Positions 40,322 to 53,724 of a DNA stretch of 64,000 bases are shown here, piece by piece; position 1 is the first letter of the stretch, and each line of letters opens with the position of its first letter. This DNA is from Octopus vulgaris. Its lineage: Eukaryota. Under the pieces are notes generated by a model. That model searched no databases, was not told where the DNA came from, and saw only the letters and a list, made by a program, of their open reading frames with translations. The stretch is taken from the NCBI GenBank assembly GCA_951406725.2, contig OX597815.1, positions 182,342,001 to 182,406,000 of the forward strand, given 5' to 3'. A program made the translations under genes and the position numbers.

Positions 40322-40360
<39 letters not shown>

Positions 40361-40363
<3 letters not shown>

Positions 40364-40780
40364 TCTTACTCTTTTACTCTTTTACTTGTTTCAGTCATTT
40401 GACTGCGGCCACGCTAGAGCACCGCCTTTAATCGAGCAACTCGACCCCGGGACTTATTCTTTTTGTAAGCCCAGTACTTATTCTATCGGTATATTTTACC
40501 GAACCGCTAAGTAACGGGGACATAAACACTCCAGCATCGGTTGTCAAGCAATGCTAGGGGGACAAACACAGACACACAAACAAACACACGCATATATATA
40601 TATATATACATATATACGACGGGCTTCTTTCAGTTTCCATCTACCAAATCCACTCACAAGGCTTTGTTCAACCCGAAGGTATAGTAGAAGACACCTGCCC
40701 AAGGTGCCACGCAGTGGGACTGAACCCGGAACCATGTGGTTGGTAAGCAAGCTGCTTAGCACAAAGCCACTCCTTCGGCT
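40361..40780 (-). mobile_element. SINE family A
   Basis: Full reverse-strand copy. Confidence 0.88.
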
Positions 40781-41056
40781 ACGTATGTATATATTTATGT
40801 ATATATGGTGGGGAGGTATATATGTGTGTATATGCGGGTATGTATTTTGTGTATGCCTATATAGTCATTGAAACGTTTGTATCTGTGTGTATGTGTACCA
40901 TAAACTCATTATTTAATTTTCCAGCCTGGAACTTATTTAATCCATAGACAACTAAATTTATAAAAACAAACATACGATTCGATTAATTATTAATTATTAA
41001 TGAATCTCTACTGGAAATGTATTATTCCCTACTTCACACAAGGTTTTTTCGATATG

Positions 41057-41107
<51 letters not shown>

Positions 41108-41110
<3 letters not shown>

Positions 41111-41385
41111 AATTAAGGACTGCACACGAAAAGTGGACAGTCAACATGCTAGATATAGACGTCAAATCGCCATTCTCCACAAAAAAAGTTTATGTTCTCA
41201 GATCAAACTCAACAAAACCAAAGCAATAAACAAGTGAAAAATATACGAAATAAATATTTACCCATGTACTAAATTTAGTTTCAGCTGTTATTTTCCGCAA
41301 GGAAAAGTGCAGCATCATCAGCATGGTCCCATATAAAATGTAATTTGCTGGACTAAATGCCAACACGACACCAAAATATCGCGTG
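41108..41385 (-). mobile_element. Family D hammerhead element, second copy
   Basis: Homologous to 392-668; (TA)n on both sides. Confidence 0.75.
41262..41326 (-). ncRNA. Type I hammerhead ribozyme, canonical core
   Basis: CCATG-CTGATGA-TGCTG(cacTTTTCCttgcGGAAAAtaa)CAGCT-GAAA-CTAAATTTAG-TA-CATGG; helices covary with 553-614. Confidence 0.85.
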
Positions 41386-41770
41386 CATATATATATATTA
41401 TATATATATATAATATATATATTTTAATGTTTAATTTATACACCCACAACGCAAATTTATACACCTCAATTGTTAGCGAATGCAACACAGTTTATATTTT
41501 GAAATTAATTCATCCAATCAAATTCAAATACTTATTCGTCAAATAGAATTGCATTAAATCATATATTACATGGACCATCACAATTTTATTCCTGTCTTGA
41601 TCACAACTGTCCGACGATGGGAAACACGGCACATTTTTTTCTTTCAATGTTTTTGCAGCTTTGATAAAAATGCATACATACATACATACACATACATATA
41701 TACACACACACACACATATATATATATACACACACACATATATATATATACATACACAGACACGGACAAT

Positions 41771-41855
<85 letters not shown>

Positions 41856-42171
41856 GGGTAGGTGGGTAGGTAGGTAGGCATGTAGACATGTGAGAGAGAG
41901 TGTGTGTGAGAGAGAGAGACTTCATTAGAGATATTAGAACCGGATGTAGAAATAAAATAAACGAAAGAGACTCGGAGGAAACATGTCCTATATCTACAGT
42001 TGCTCATATCTACAAGAAATGCTTTCAACGTCTAAAGTGAAATTAACGACTTGAAAGCTTTGAACTGAAAGTAGAGACAATCTCATTATCGCTTACGAAG
42101 AACGAATAAATATGCATGCACGCGAAGAAAATGTGTCTTTGAAATGAAAAAAAGGTTGATATACATACATA

Positions 42172-42219
<48 letters not shown>

Positions 42220-42253
42220 TATGTATATATACATATGTATACATCTATATATG

Positions 42254-42342
<89 letters not shown>

Positions 42343-42384
42343 GTATATATATATATATATATACATATATATTTACATATATAT

Positions 42385-42449
<65 letters not shown>

Positions 42450-43435
42450 CATATATAGACACACACATACATACATATTTATATGCACACACAAGATATA
42501 TATTGTATTCTTCTTTATATCAATATATATATATATGTGTGTGTGTGTGTGTAGAAATTGCTAGTCAATGTTTATGTATATATTTTACAACTACTAAGCT
42601 CTGAGGTTGATTATATATTAGTTACTGGTTGAATTAAAGATATAATGAATGGAGCCTACATAAATCAGTTTTAGGTAAATATTTATTAATCTGTTAAACA
42701 AATACTTTCCATAAGATAAATGAAACCATTGGTTATATCTTCGAACAGATTTCTAAGAAAGCCGAGTGAACTACATTCATATTATTGTTAAATATAGACG
42801 ATTGATGCCGACAGACGAGACAATACAGCAAATTAATATCGAAGAATGTTGAAATTTCATTTCCAATAGTTGTTTGTATTCACTCTCTTAGAAGGAGCAG
42901 CACCCTAAATGTTAGAAGCTGTGTCTCAGCACAACAAATCAGATTACTATGCTCTAACAACGATTCATTTTTGCCGGTGCAGATCACCATCCGTTCATTA
43001 GATTATGACTGTTATCATTATTATCTTACGCTATTTAGATCTATCTCTGTCTGAAGTGTGGAATATTAAAGACATACAAGGTCCGTTTACTAGCCATACG
43101 GTCACTAACTAGATGCTGTATTATAAGTGAACAATACAGAGGTTATTTAACGAGATGCTCCTTGTGAAATCACATGACGAGACACTTCTGAATCGGGGGT
43201 GCCCCACAACCTGTTGTACAGTATAGCATCCTTTAGGGATCGATGTAAGTGGAGTGGAAACGATTGTTGGGAGTAATAAAGCCTGGGAGCAATAAACTTT
43301 GTTGCGAGCAATAAAGTTTCTCTATAATTTGTTATACACACACATACACACACACACAGTCACACGCGCGTGGGTGTGAATATGTGTGCTTGTATGTGTG
43401 AATATGTGTGCTTGTGTGTGTGTGTGTGTGTGTGC

Positions 43436-43474
<39 letters not shown>

Positions 43475-43645
43475 TTTGCCAGCCAAAAGATAGTGCAATT
43501 AGTAACCAGGCGAAATACTTCTTGAGCTGTCTGTAAGTAAAAAATACGTCTGGCTAACAAACAAGACCTCTGATCTGTATTGTACATCTGATGATCTGGA
43601 ATCAAAATCTCTCACTAGTCAAAGTTGTAAATCTATGGTTCTGTT

Positions 43646-43812
43646 CTATATTTAAGAGATGAGGAATTATTTACATTTGACGGATATTTGTCCTCATCTT
43701 GTTTGTTGTTAACACAATGTTTCGGCTGATATACCCTCCAGCTTTCATCAAGTGTCTTGGGGAAATTTCGAACCTGGGTTCTCATTCCTAAGGTATTTTT
43801 TGACGTTATTAA

Positions 43813-43845
<33 letters not shown>

Positions 43846-43937
43846 CATCATTATTCAGGTCGCTGATTGGAAACGAACTCGGAATCTTGAGGTTAGTAGC
43901 CCGCGCTCTTAACCACTAATCCGTCAAATGTAAATAA
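43646..43937 (-). mobile_element. tRNA-headed, hammerhead-tailed SINE-like element (family C) with 5' inverted segment and ~20-bp TSD
   Basis: tRNA-like head 43861-43918, (AAT)n spacer, hammerhead 43711-43756; TSD tgtaaatct(a/c)tggttctgtt at 43626-43645 and 43938-43957. Confidence 0.8.
43711..43756 (-). ncRNA. Minimal type I hammerhead (degenerate copy)
   Basis: GACAC-TTGATGA-A-AGCTG(gagggtatat)CAGCC-GAAA-CA-TT-GTGTT. Confidence 0.65.
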
Positions 43938-45029
43938 TGTAAATCTCTGGTTCTGTTACCAAGTCAAGGTAGTATGTGTTCACAGAGTATTAGAGAAAAT
44001 AGACAAAAAAATAAAGGGTTATATACATTTATTTATTAGAGCTTTACAGCTGTTTCAGGTTGAATCTTATCTATCGATTGATTGACCAACAGAAAATATA
44101 GAGAACTGCTACCCAAGGTATCTTCTTCCTTGGAAGAATCGATCTATCGATTAGATTGTGAGTTGCTAGTGGCACTTCATTTGCAAGCATCTTATCTCTG
44201 ATGGGTATTTTGTGTTCATTGGTTTTTCGTTCTCACGTGGGACACACAAGCAGCTTCCTCTTAGACCGTGTGTGAATGTATGCATCATCGGTTCATGTTC
44301 CAAAGCATACACCAGCACGCACGCACATACGCACACATTAACACACACACACTTAGTCACACGCCCATACATTCATGAACAGACAGATACATACATACTT
44401 ATTGAATTGTAACTGACTGTCCTAATTTCTTTTTATAGTTGTCTGTTCAAGAAATATGAAATTAAGTTTTATCAAAAGGAAGGTGTTAAATTCCATTCTG
44501 AGCGCGTTGATGAATGTGCGTCTCTTTGATATAGCACCCTAATATTTAATTGTACAAGGGATTACATTTTCTGTGTGGCGAGAGAAATGTAACCGATTAA
44601 AACAATAGCCTAGTGGTTGAATAGTGCTTCATGTTATTCATTCTGGAAGAATATTTGATAAAGCTGACCTCGGTAAAATTTGAATTCATAAAATGTACAG
44701 GACCGTGAATAAATCCTGCAAGAGTTCTAATGACTCTGCAAACGTACATTCTTAAAATACTCTTAATAAAAATTTTAGCAGAAGGAAAAGATATTAAAAG
44801 ATCATTTGAAAATCAGCGACATATTTCAGAATAACCAAAACCACTACAGCTATAGATTCTACGAAACTCGCAGAGCCCATAATTATTTTTTAAAGGAAAT
44901 CGCTGCCCTTTGAATTATTTGAATGAAGCATATGTTAATTTAGAGAGACAATTTATTCGTATAAAAATATATATATATAACATACAATTTAAAATAAAAC
45001 TGTGAATAATGTACTTATATTTTTTCTCT

Positions 45030-45246
45030 CTCTTATCTTTTCTCTTACTTGTTTCAGTCATTTGACTGTGGCCATGCTGGAGCACTGTCTTTAGTCGAGC
45101 AAATCGACCCCAGAGCTTATTCTTTGGAAGCCTAGTACTTATTCTGTCGGTTTCTTTTGCCGAACCGCTAAGTTACGGGAACATGAACACACCAGCATCG
45201 GTTGTCAAGCCATCTTGGGAGGACAAACACAGACACACAAACATAT

Positions 45247-45295
<49 letters not shown>

Positions 45296-45459
45296 CGACG
45301 GGGTTCTTTCGGTTTCCGTCTACCAAATCCACTCACAAGGCTTTGGGTGGCCCGAGGCTATAGTAGAAGACACTTGCCCAAGGTGCCACGCAGTGGGAAT
45401 GAACCCGGAACCATGTGGTTGGTAAACTATCTACTTACCACACAGCCACTCCTACGCCT
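45030..45459 (-). mobile_element. SINE family A
   Basis: Full reverse-strand copy. Confidence 0.88.
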
Positions 45460-47154
45460 ATACTATATGAAACAAATATTAAAAAAAAAATTATTCAAAG
45501 ACACTTTATATCATCGAACTATAGAATTTAATACAGAACCTACTTTGAGAAAAACTGGGTTAGGGCAGCGATGTTCAATCTCTTTCCATCCATAACAAGT
45601 TGGATAAGGCAGTAAAAGTCTTAATGCATCTCATTATTTTATAAACGTTTTGTTTTATGACTAAAATTACGTTAGACTTGTTTAAAGACAGCCAGCAGCG
45701 CATATTGCAAATTGCTACAAATAATTACAGAGGTACCGAAGTGATGCATTAAATTTACTCAAGTCCGCTAAATGGCCTGACATTTTACAACTTGCCTCAA
45801 AACCTCGCCAGACAACTGCGGACTGCATACAGCACACGATTCTGTCGCAGCAAAGTATTCTGTGGATAAGAAAATAGATAAGAATTAGGCAGTGTGTTGT
45901 TGCTGCTGCTGTTGTTGTCGTTAGATAAAACCAAGAAAAAAAAACAAAACAAAAAAACACTTTAATTTAATAACAGTAACTAAAACAACTCTGATCAATA
46001 AAGTCTTAGTCATTTTGCAACCAACTCATTCCATGGTATGAAGTAACATCAATAACGCCAGAACATGTGGTAATGGGATGATCTGGAAGGGGAAGGTTGT
46101 ATTGGTGAGATGGGGAATATGCCAATATTCGAATACACCTCCTTTAAGATGCACAGTACACCCATCCACTATTCTTGGCTATTATCACGGCTTATACCTG
46201 CACCTGTGGAACTGCAGATACTTATTACTATCACGGCAACTACTGCCGCCTCCAAGTCACCATCACCGCCAACACCACCACAATAGTTCCTAGCGCTACT
46301 GTCGCCACCATTATTCCCCTCTACGGTTGCTTTCGGCATCTGATGTAGCTGCTTCTAGTGGCACTGCAGGGAGCAAGTAACGACACCACCGTACATAGGT
46401 TCTTACGATTGTTGCATGCCTGCTTGTTCACCTGTAAATCATTGAGCACGTGAAACCGGTGGAGAAAGCAGACGATCGTTAGAAGGAGAGAAGCGAGAGA
46501 AAAAGTGAAACTGAAGCAGGGAGAGAGATGCAGTGTGTGTGTAAAAGAGAAAGGGAGAGGAGGATCGAGGAGAGCAGACGATAGGAAGGAAATGATAACA
46601 ACAGTAAGAGAGAAGAGAAAGGGAAAGAAATATCGGAGAAATAGTGTGACTAAACAAGAGAGTAAGAAAGAAAATGAGAGAAAGAGTCATAGAATGAGAG
46701 AAAAGGAGTGTAAAACGAGGGAAGATAGACAAACTAAGTACCTTACAGGACAAACCATTCCTTTATATTTCCAATGCTTGCTGAGAATGGCTTGAGTATC
46801 ATGACTTCACAATAATTTTACCTGCGGAATCAGGAGCCCTTTTTTGAACATTTAATAGAATCTGTGCTTTGTGTAATATAAACATCCGCAGCACATGCAT
46901 CAGCACACATTCATTATCAGCCAAATCTCAGCAATAAACAACGATTTTAGATTATATCGTCACATAATCTCGACAATAATACGCTTTAAGCTCTTTTGAA
47001 CCTCTAACACTCGCGTCCCTTATTGACAAATCAATAATCTTACATGATCCTTTTTTTCTTTTTTTTTGGGGGCGGGGGACTGCTTAGTATTCTAAAGGGT
47101 GGCACAAAACATTTCAAACAATTGTTATGGAAATATTTCCCAATTAATAGAGAA

Positions 47155-47500
47155 GGTGGCGAGCTGGCTGGAAGAAACGTTAGCTTAAGGTGGCGAACTG
47201 GAAGAAACGTTAGCACGCCGGGCGAAATGCTTTGCGGTATTTCGTCCGCCGCTACGTTCTGAGTTCAAATTCCGCCGAGGTCGACTTTGCCTTTCATGCT
47301 TTCGGTGTTGACAAATTAAGTACCAGTTATGCACTGGCGTCGATGATATCGATTTAATGCGTTTGTCTGTCCTTCTTTGTCCTCTCTGTATTTAGGCCCT
47401 TGTGGGCAGTAAAGAAATAGGTATTTCGTGTATTTATGTTCTGAGTTCAAATTTCGCCGAAGTCGACTTTGCTTTGCATCCTTTCGGGGTCGATAAATAT
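47155..47500 (+). mobile_element. SINE family B with duplicated head and partial tandem copy
   Basis: aaggtggcga.ctgg..gaagaaacgttagc twice; second core at 47420-47498. Confidence 0.8.
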
Positions 47501-47865
47501 TGTGCTGCGGATCTCATTCCTGCGGCTCATTTCATAAATGCGTTCATGAATATATCATTTATGTACTTCTTTTTTTTTTTAATTGTTTCAATCACTGGAC
47601 TGCGGGCATACTGGAGCAGTGCCTTGAAGAATTTTCAGTCGAATGAATTGAACCCAGTACTTATTAGTTTTCTAGTCTGGTACTTATTCAATCCAACCGC
47701 TATGTTCTGAGAACGTAAACACACCAACACCGGTTGTCAGGCTGTCGTGGAAACACACACACACACACACACATACACACACACACAAACATGTATGTAA
47801 AAGATAAAAGATGACCATTTTATTGAATGCAGTTCCTAATAATATTTAATTATAAAAATATAAGA

Positions 47866-48006
47866 TTTATTTAAAACATGAAATTGCTATGTTGATCCAG
47901 TTGGGTAAAGTATGAATCAAGCGGCTCCATAGATGGAAAATGTCTGAGAAACCTGACCTGACACAGTTTGACCAAGCAATGGTGAGCGGACAAACACAGA
48001 CACACA

Positions 48007-48058
<52 letters not shown>

Positions 48059-48420
48059 ACGGGCTTCTTTCCGTTTCCGTCTACCTGACCTGACACAGTT
48101 TGACCAAGCAATGGTGAGCGGACAAACACAGACACACAAACATAAACATATATATACGACGGGCTTTTTTCAGTTTCCGTCTACCTGACCTGACACAGTT
48201 TGACCAAGCAATGGTGGGCGGACAAACACAGACACACAAACATATACATATATATATATACGACGAACTTCTTTCAGTTTCCGTCTACCAAATCCACTCA
48301 CAAAGCTTTGGTCGGCCCGAGGCTCTAGCAGAAGACACCTGCCCAAGGTGCCACGCAGTGGGAATGAAACCGGAACCATGTCGTTGGTAAGCAAGCTACT
48401 TAGCACAAAGCCACTCCTGC
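47866..48420 (-). repeat. SINE A 5' half plus flank, with an internal ~100-130 bp triplication; paralogous to 49304-49612
   Basis: acctgacctgacacagtttgaccaagcaatggtg occurs at 47951, 48083 and 48183, with a variant at 49389. Confidence 0.85.
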
Positions 48421-48899
48421 CAGAAAAAAAGAAACCTTATAGCCTTCAAATTGTACCGTACCGACTTACAGAAAAAAGAGATCTTATGGAATGCTGGATA
48501 AGTTTAACTGCTGAGACAAAGAGGTGAAAGTCTACCGTTTTAGGTTCTTACCAGTCATCAAAGAGTTCCTACAAGTGGCCGAAATGTTACACTTTGTTAG
48601 CCTCACATCTTTACTGTTGTTTTGTTCCTGCCTTCGCTGATTCTCACTAGTCTCGTGGGGTTCCAGAATTTACTTGACTTAATTTAAAACAGGATCGTAA
48701 AATGAATGCTCGCACAACTTATGTGGTAAAAGTGACAACATTAATCAAACGATAACAAATATAATTATATTAAGGCGAGGATAACATCGTTGAACTGCGG
48801 CTAATCAACCGAACAAAAACAAAATAGGATAACAACTAAAACAGTAAGTAACCACTGAATTCAAAATGAAAATAGATATTTTGTGGGATGAAGTATAAC

Positions 48900-49295
48900 C
48901 GGCGCTGGATTAACCATTAAGCAAATTAAGCTCGTGCTTAGAGCATCAAGTGAAGGAAGGGGCGCCACAGAAATTGTAAATGGTTTACGACACAAAAGAA
49001 ATCCCTTTTATCTCTACTAAATATAGATACAGATGTGTTACCTAAGATTAATTTTGAGGATCTGATCAAAGACTTTGCAATTCAAAAATGTAGGAGGAAA
49101 CTTTTCAAATATAAATAAAGTGGAAACATACAAAAATAAACATTGTTTTCCCTCTTATGGTTTTGTTTCGTTTTGGAAAATAAAAAATTATTTTATTGTT
49201 TGTTATTGTTTTATATTTTGAATTACATGATCTTTTATGCGGGATCCAAAGTCTTTTAAGTGCTTAGGGCCTCGATGCGTCTTAATCCGGTCCTG
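48900..49295 (+). mobile_element. Internally deleted hAT (Tip100-like) DNA transposon
   Basis: Imperfect TIRs cggcgctggattaa / ttaatccggtcctg; encodes LSLLNIDTDVLPKINFEDLIKDFAIQKCRRKLF*, resembling the hAT C-terminal dimerisation end; degenerate 8-bp TSD agtataac/ggtatatt. Confidence 0.7.
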
Positions 49296-50607
49296 GGTAT
49301 ATTTTTATTAAAACATGAAATTGCTATGTTGATCCAGTTGGGTAAATTATGAATCAAAGCGGCTCCATAGATGGAAAATGTTTGAGAAACCTGACCTGAC
49401 AAAGTTTGACCTAGCAATGGTGGGCGGACAAACACAGACACACAAACATATACATATATATACGACGAACTTCTTTCAGTTTCCGTCTACCAAATACACT
49501 CACAAGGCTTTGGTCGGCCGGAGGTATAGTAGAAGACACCTGCCTAGGTGCCACGCAGTGGGACTGAACCCGGAACCATGTGGTTGGTAAGCAAGCTACT
49601 TAGCACAAAGCCAGAAGGTTGCATTAGACAAAATAATTTCTGATAGAGACACGGTGGCCTAAGACGTAACTCTTAGCTCGGCTCGATTGAAGCTGGCCTG
49701 ACGTTCAAACTGCAATAGACGTTGACAACATGTCCTTCGGTTTCATGCCTCGACGACACTTCACACTCTTCTGCAAAATAGAGAGCTTTCAACGCTCGTG
49801 AAATGGGCGGAGAATATGACCACCGATAACAGAGAAGCAGTGAAATTATTTCCATAAATCAAGTACAAACATCTATAAAATAAATTTTAAAAAAACGTGT
49901 ATTTAGGTTAATATTGTCCTAGATACACATCATCTAGGACGTGATGGTCATGACTGGATTGAATTTCATAATGAATCTGCACAGTTGGAAATGATTTTGG
50001 TTTTAAAATATAACACCTAATAAATTATGTATTGGAGGAGGAAGACAGAGATATGGAAAATAAACGGGGTGGTCATGAGAGGAGCATCTTTGATTGTCTT
50101 CTTGATTAGCGCTGTCCTGAGGCGCAAAAATAACAGCGGTAAGCATCCGCACATACGTATTTGTAGCGTGTAAACCTTTACTAGAATTCATTCTTTGATA
50201 CTGTCTTATATGCTATGCACGAACAAGGAGATGAGGAAAGTGAGAAACAGAGAGAGAGAGAGACTCTCCAGCCGCTCATTGTCTCTTTTGCTTTCGCTCA
50301 AAATTTAAAAGCGCGGTCACACAAGCACACTAACACTCTCCCTTCTCCCTTCTCCCTCCTCTTTCCACTTTTATATATCGATCCAACTTGGGAGCCTTTT
50401 AAAGGCGTTCCATCTGTTAGAAATAACAACCAAATCTCTGCACAACTGAAATTTAGGGCTTTTAAAAGAAAAAGAAAAAAAGAATGAAAGGAGATATGAG
50501 ATAAAAAGATTATGTTCGATGCCCCTAAAAATGAACTTTTGGACATAAAGTGCTTCGTACAGGTTCCCGGTCGACCAGCGAATAAACAACATTTATATAT
50601 ATAAATG

Positions 50608-50663
<56 letters not shown>

Positions 50664-50782
50664 CAATATAAGCAACACCCCATGGATTTATATGGATAAC
50701 ACCATTCAAAATTCTGGTGCATCTAACTTAAGTACCATATTCAATTGAATCTAAATTTTGCTGAACTTATATATATATATGT

Positions 50783-50945
50783 AGATGAAACCATGGCGAC
50801 TGAAGAAGGGTTTTTTTCCTTGTGTTATTTGTCCTGTACTCTATTTTTTGTTGTTTAAGAAAAATGTCCAGTTCCTTGGGTTTGTGTCTATGTTTTCGTT
50901 TCTCATTGTGTTCGACGTTTTTTTTTTTGTGTCCTGTACTCATAT
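50783..50945 (+). mobile_element. Short TA-flanked element (family E) with a CTGAAGA box
   Basis: Homologous to 56530-56674 (ctga.gaaggg....ttccttgt...tttgtcctgtactc ... gtcctgtactcatatat). Confidence 0.6.
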
Positions 50946-51412
50946 ATGCGTGTATATATACATGTAGAGGTAGGTACGTACATATATGTATATATATATG
51001 CATATGTTTTATTTATTAATATATTATATGACGGAACGCACGCATCCCTTTCTAAGTAAGATTGTTCTTGATATATATATATATATATACGTCACACACC
51101 AGTGACAGTATGTGATCTCATCCGTCTATATGAAGCTTCTTTTTTTATTTTTGAGCGCGCAGACGGCACACACACACACACGCACACAGGCACGCACACA
51201 CACACATACACACACGCACACACACACGATCGCTCGCGCTCATACACTTACATGTAAGCATGCATAGATGTACACTCATACGCAGAAATGCGCACCTGCG
51301 TATACATACGTGTAAACATTTAAACGCTCACAAACACACACATGGACAAATTCATACACACGTGCACATTATATAAGACATCTATAAACCTCCAACAAAC
51401 GCGTGTATATAC

Positions 51413-51456
<44 letters not shown>

Positions 51457-51729
51457 CATAAACGATGGCACACCGTAGAGATTATCCACAACCGAGACAC
51501 GTGTAAATATTTATACATGCACATACACGCATACCTGTAAAGTCATACACATACATACATTCTTGTACACACATACACATAAATGCATTCTCAAACATAC
51601 ACACAATCACACACTGAGAAATATACGTCTGCAGATGACTTCCGAAACACAGAAGTGTAAATGTATGTACAGTCACGCATATACGCATATGTGAGCAAAT
51701 GTCTATAAACACACACATACGCAGTAATA

Positions 51730-52050
51730 CCTGTTTCTTTACTACCCACAAGGGGCTAAACACAGAGAGAACAAACAAGGACAGGCACAGGGATTAAGTC
51801 GATTATATCTACCCCAGTGCGTAACTGGTGCTTATTTAATCGACCCCGAAAGGATGAAAGGCAAAGGCGACCTCGGCGGAATTCGAACTCAGAACGTAGC
51901 GGCAGACGAAATATCTATTTCTTTACTACCCACAAGGGGCTAAACAGAGAGAACAAACAAGGACAGACAGACGGATTAAGTCGATTATATCGACGCCAGT
52001 GCGTAACTGGTACTTTATTTATCGACCCCGAAAGGATGAAAGGCAAAGTC
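51730..52050 (-). mobile_element. Two tandem 5'-truncated SINE family B copies
   Basis: tttctttactacccacaaggggctaaaca twice. Confidence 0.85.
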
Positions 52051-52197
52051 TTACTACCCACAGTAGTAATACCGACACATATTCTACACCCACGATCATG
52101 CATACATGCACACATACACACACACAAGCATACAAGCAATTATGCACTGGCTCAGAAGTACATATGAACATTTGTAGGCGTGCTCCTACTCACTCAC

Positions 52198-52261
52198 GTC
52201 TGCATACACACATAGGTAGAAACACACAGGCAGTCGTACACAGATGCAAGCCCGATGTCAT
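52198..52261 (-). other. Candidate first coding exon (short hydrophobic, signal-peptide-like)
   Basis: GCAGC-ATG start, MTSGLHLCTTACVFLPMCVCR, phase-1 donor C|GTGAGT; unique, relatively GC-rich sequence upstream. Confidence 0.25.
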
Positions 52262-52721
52262 GCTGCAGTAGGAAGACGGGAAGTGAACGTTGAAGACAGA
52301 GATATCAGGAGGCACATTGACTTGCTGTTGCAGCAGCAAGACTACTAGCAGCACCGAACAGACATACCAAACACACACACACACACGCACAATCAGTGCA
52401 CTGACGCGATTTGTGAGCGATTGCGCGCACATGTCGGAAGGCGCCTACAGGCAGTTACAGTGTGAAGGAATTGCGATTGGAACTTCGTTGGTATTGTGGT
52501 TAAGAAATGAAACAACGGAAAGGAAGGGAGGACGAATCGGGAATAGGGAAAGTTCAACAGAGAGAAGAAAAAAGGACGGAATAGAAAAGAAGGAATAGGA
52601 GAAAGTGGATTAGAGGTGAACGGCCTGGGCCGGTTTAAACTAAAAGCTTATATATACATATCAATAATTCCTAACCTACAAATGTTTTTTTTTTTCAAAT
52701 TTAGGCGGGAATAGTGTAGTC

Positions 52722-52801
52722 CAGTGGTTCCCAAACTTTTCACAGCGGTTCCCAAGCCTTTTATTTAAATGAGTTTTCCCACGGACCCCTTTAAGTATAC
52801 C

Positions 52802-52856
<55 letters not shown>

Positions 52857-53299
52857 ATCCAAACATGAAAGCACAAAAAAACACAACAACGCGAGAACGT
52901 GGAACAAATATAGTATTATTGGACGCTAAGGAAAGAAGGAGGGGTATTAAGGTTTCGAGCGGAGCTCTTCGTCGGAAACATAGGAGAAGGAAAGATCCAG
53001 AGAAGGGAAGACAGAGGAAAAAAAATCACCGACAGTACACACACGGTCACATTTTGAAGGCATATATATATATATATATATATATATTGGCCTGCTCGCT
53101 TAGCCAGCGGGGTGGCGTCATTTGAAGGCTAAAACAATGCGAAGCATTGTGACCAGCGATGTGTATCAACATCTGATAGCCTGGTCGGTCACGGTGATAT
53201 ATATATATATGAAATTTTGAATTTAGTTGACGGACCCCCCCCCCCATTACTACCTTTGCTGACCACAGGGATCCGCGGAGCACTGGTTGGGAACCACAG
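52722..53299. mobile_element. hAT-Charlie-type MITE with nested insertions
   Basis: TIRs CAGTGGTTCCCAA / TTGGGAACCACAG; 8-bp TSD gtgtagtc (52714-52721) and gtgtaatc (53300-53307). Confidence 0.85.
52853..53061 (-). mobile_element. Family F-related hammerhead element inside (TA)n
   Basis: Minus strand TGTTT-CCGACGA-A-GAGC(tcc)GCTC-GAAA-CC-TT-AATAC (52944-52980) followed by ttccttagcgtccaataatac, similar to family F ttcctgagcgccatactaatac. Confidence 0.65.
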
Positions 53300-53443
53300 G
53301 TGTAATCATTTATATCGATTCCGATACTTCACTTAGTGATTTTCTATTGGGGTTCATATGACGTTTGGGGGTTCATATCAGATTTTGGTGTCATCATTTA
53401 TCTGCAATAAATTGGTCACATTTCTACAACACAAAATACACTT

Positions 53444-53724
53444 CTATATTTAAGAGATAAGGAATTATTTACATTATTTGCATTATTTACATCTGACGGA
53501 TATTTGTCCTCATCTTGTTTGTTTTTAACACGTTTCGGCTGATATACCCTCCAGCCTTCATCAGGTGTCTTGGGGGAAATTTCGAACCTGGGTTCTCATT
53601 CCTTAGGTATTTTTCGATGTTGTTGTCATTATTATTATTATTATCACTGCTTGGAATCGAACTCAGAATATTGGGGTTAGTAGCCCGCGCTCTTAACCAC
53701 TATGCCATATGCCCGTGGGCATAT
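53444..53724 (-). mobile_element. Family C tRNA-headed hammerhead element, second copy
   Basis: Head GGGCATATGGCATAGTGGTTAAGAGCGCGGGCTACTAACCCC...GAGTTCGATTCC with A and B boxes; 5' palindrome atatgccc-gt-gggcatat. Confidence 0.8.
53527..53569 (-). ncRNA. Minimal type I hammerhead (canonical core, 3-nt deletion at the cleavage site)
   Basis: GACAC-CTGATGA-A-GGCTG(gagggtatat)CAGCC-GAAAC-GTGTT. Confidence 0.7.

Noticed and set aside
44040-44060. Hammerhead 3' half GAAACAGCTGTA on the minus strand
   Set aside because: No matching CUGANGA box or stem I found; at most a decayed remnant
47951-48240. CRISPR-like repeat/spacer array
   Set aside because: The intervening sequences are themselves SINE repeats; eukaryotic context; no cas genes
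53645-53714. tRNA gene
   Set aside because: Acceptor stem does not pair and it is part of a repeated element; it is a SINE head. The same applies to 8531 and 43861
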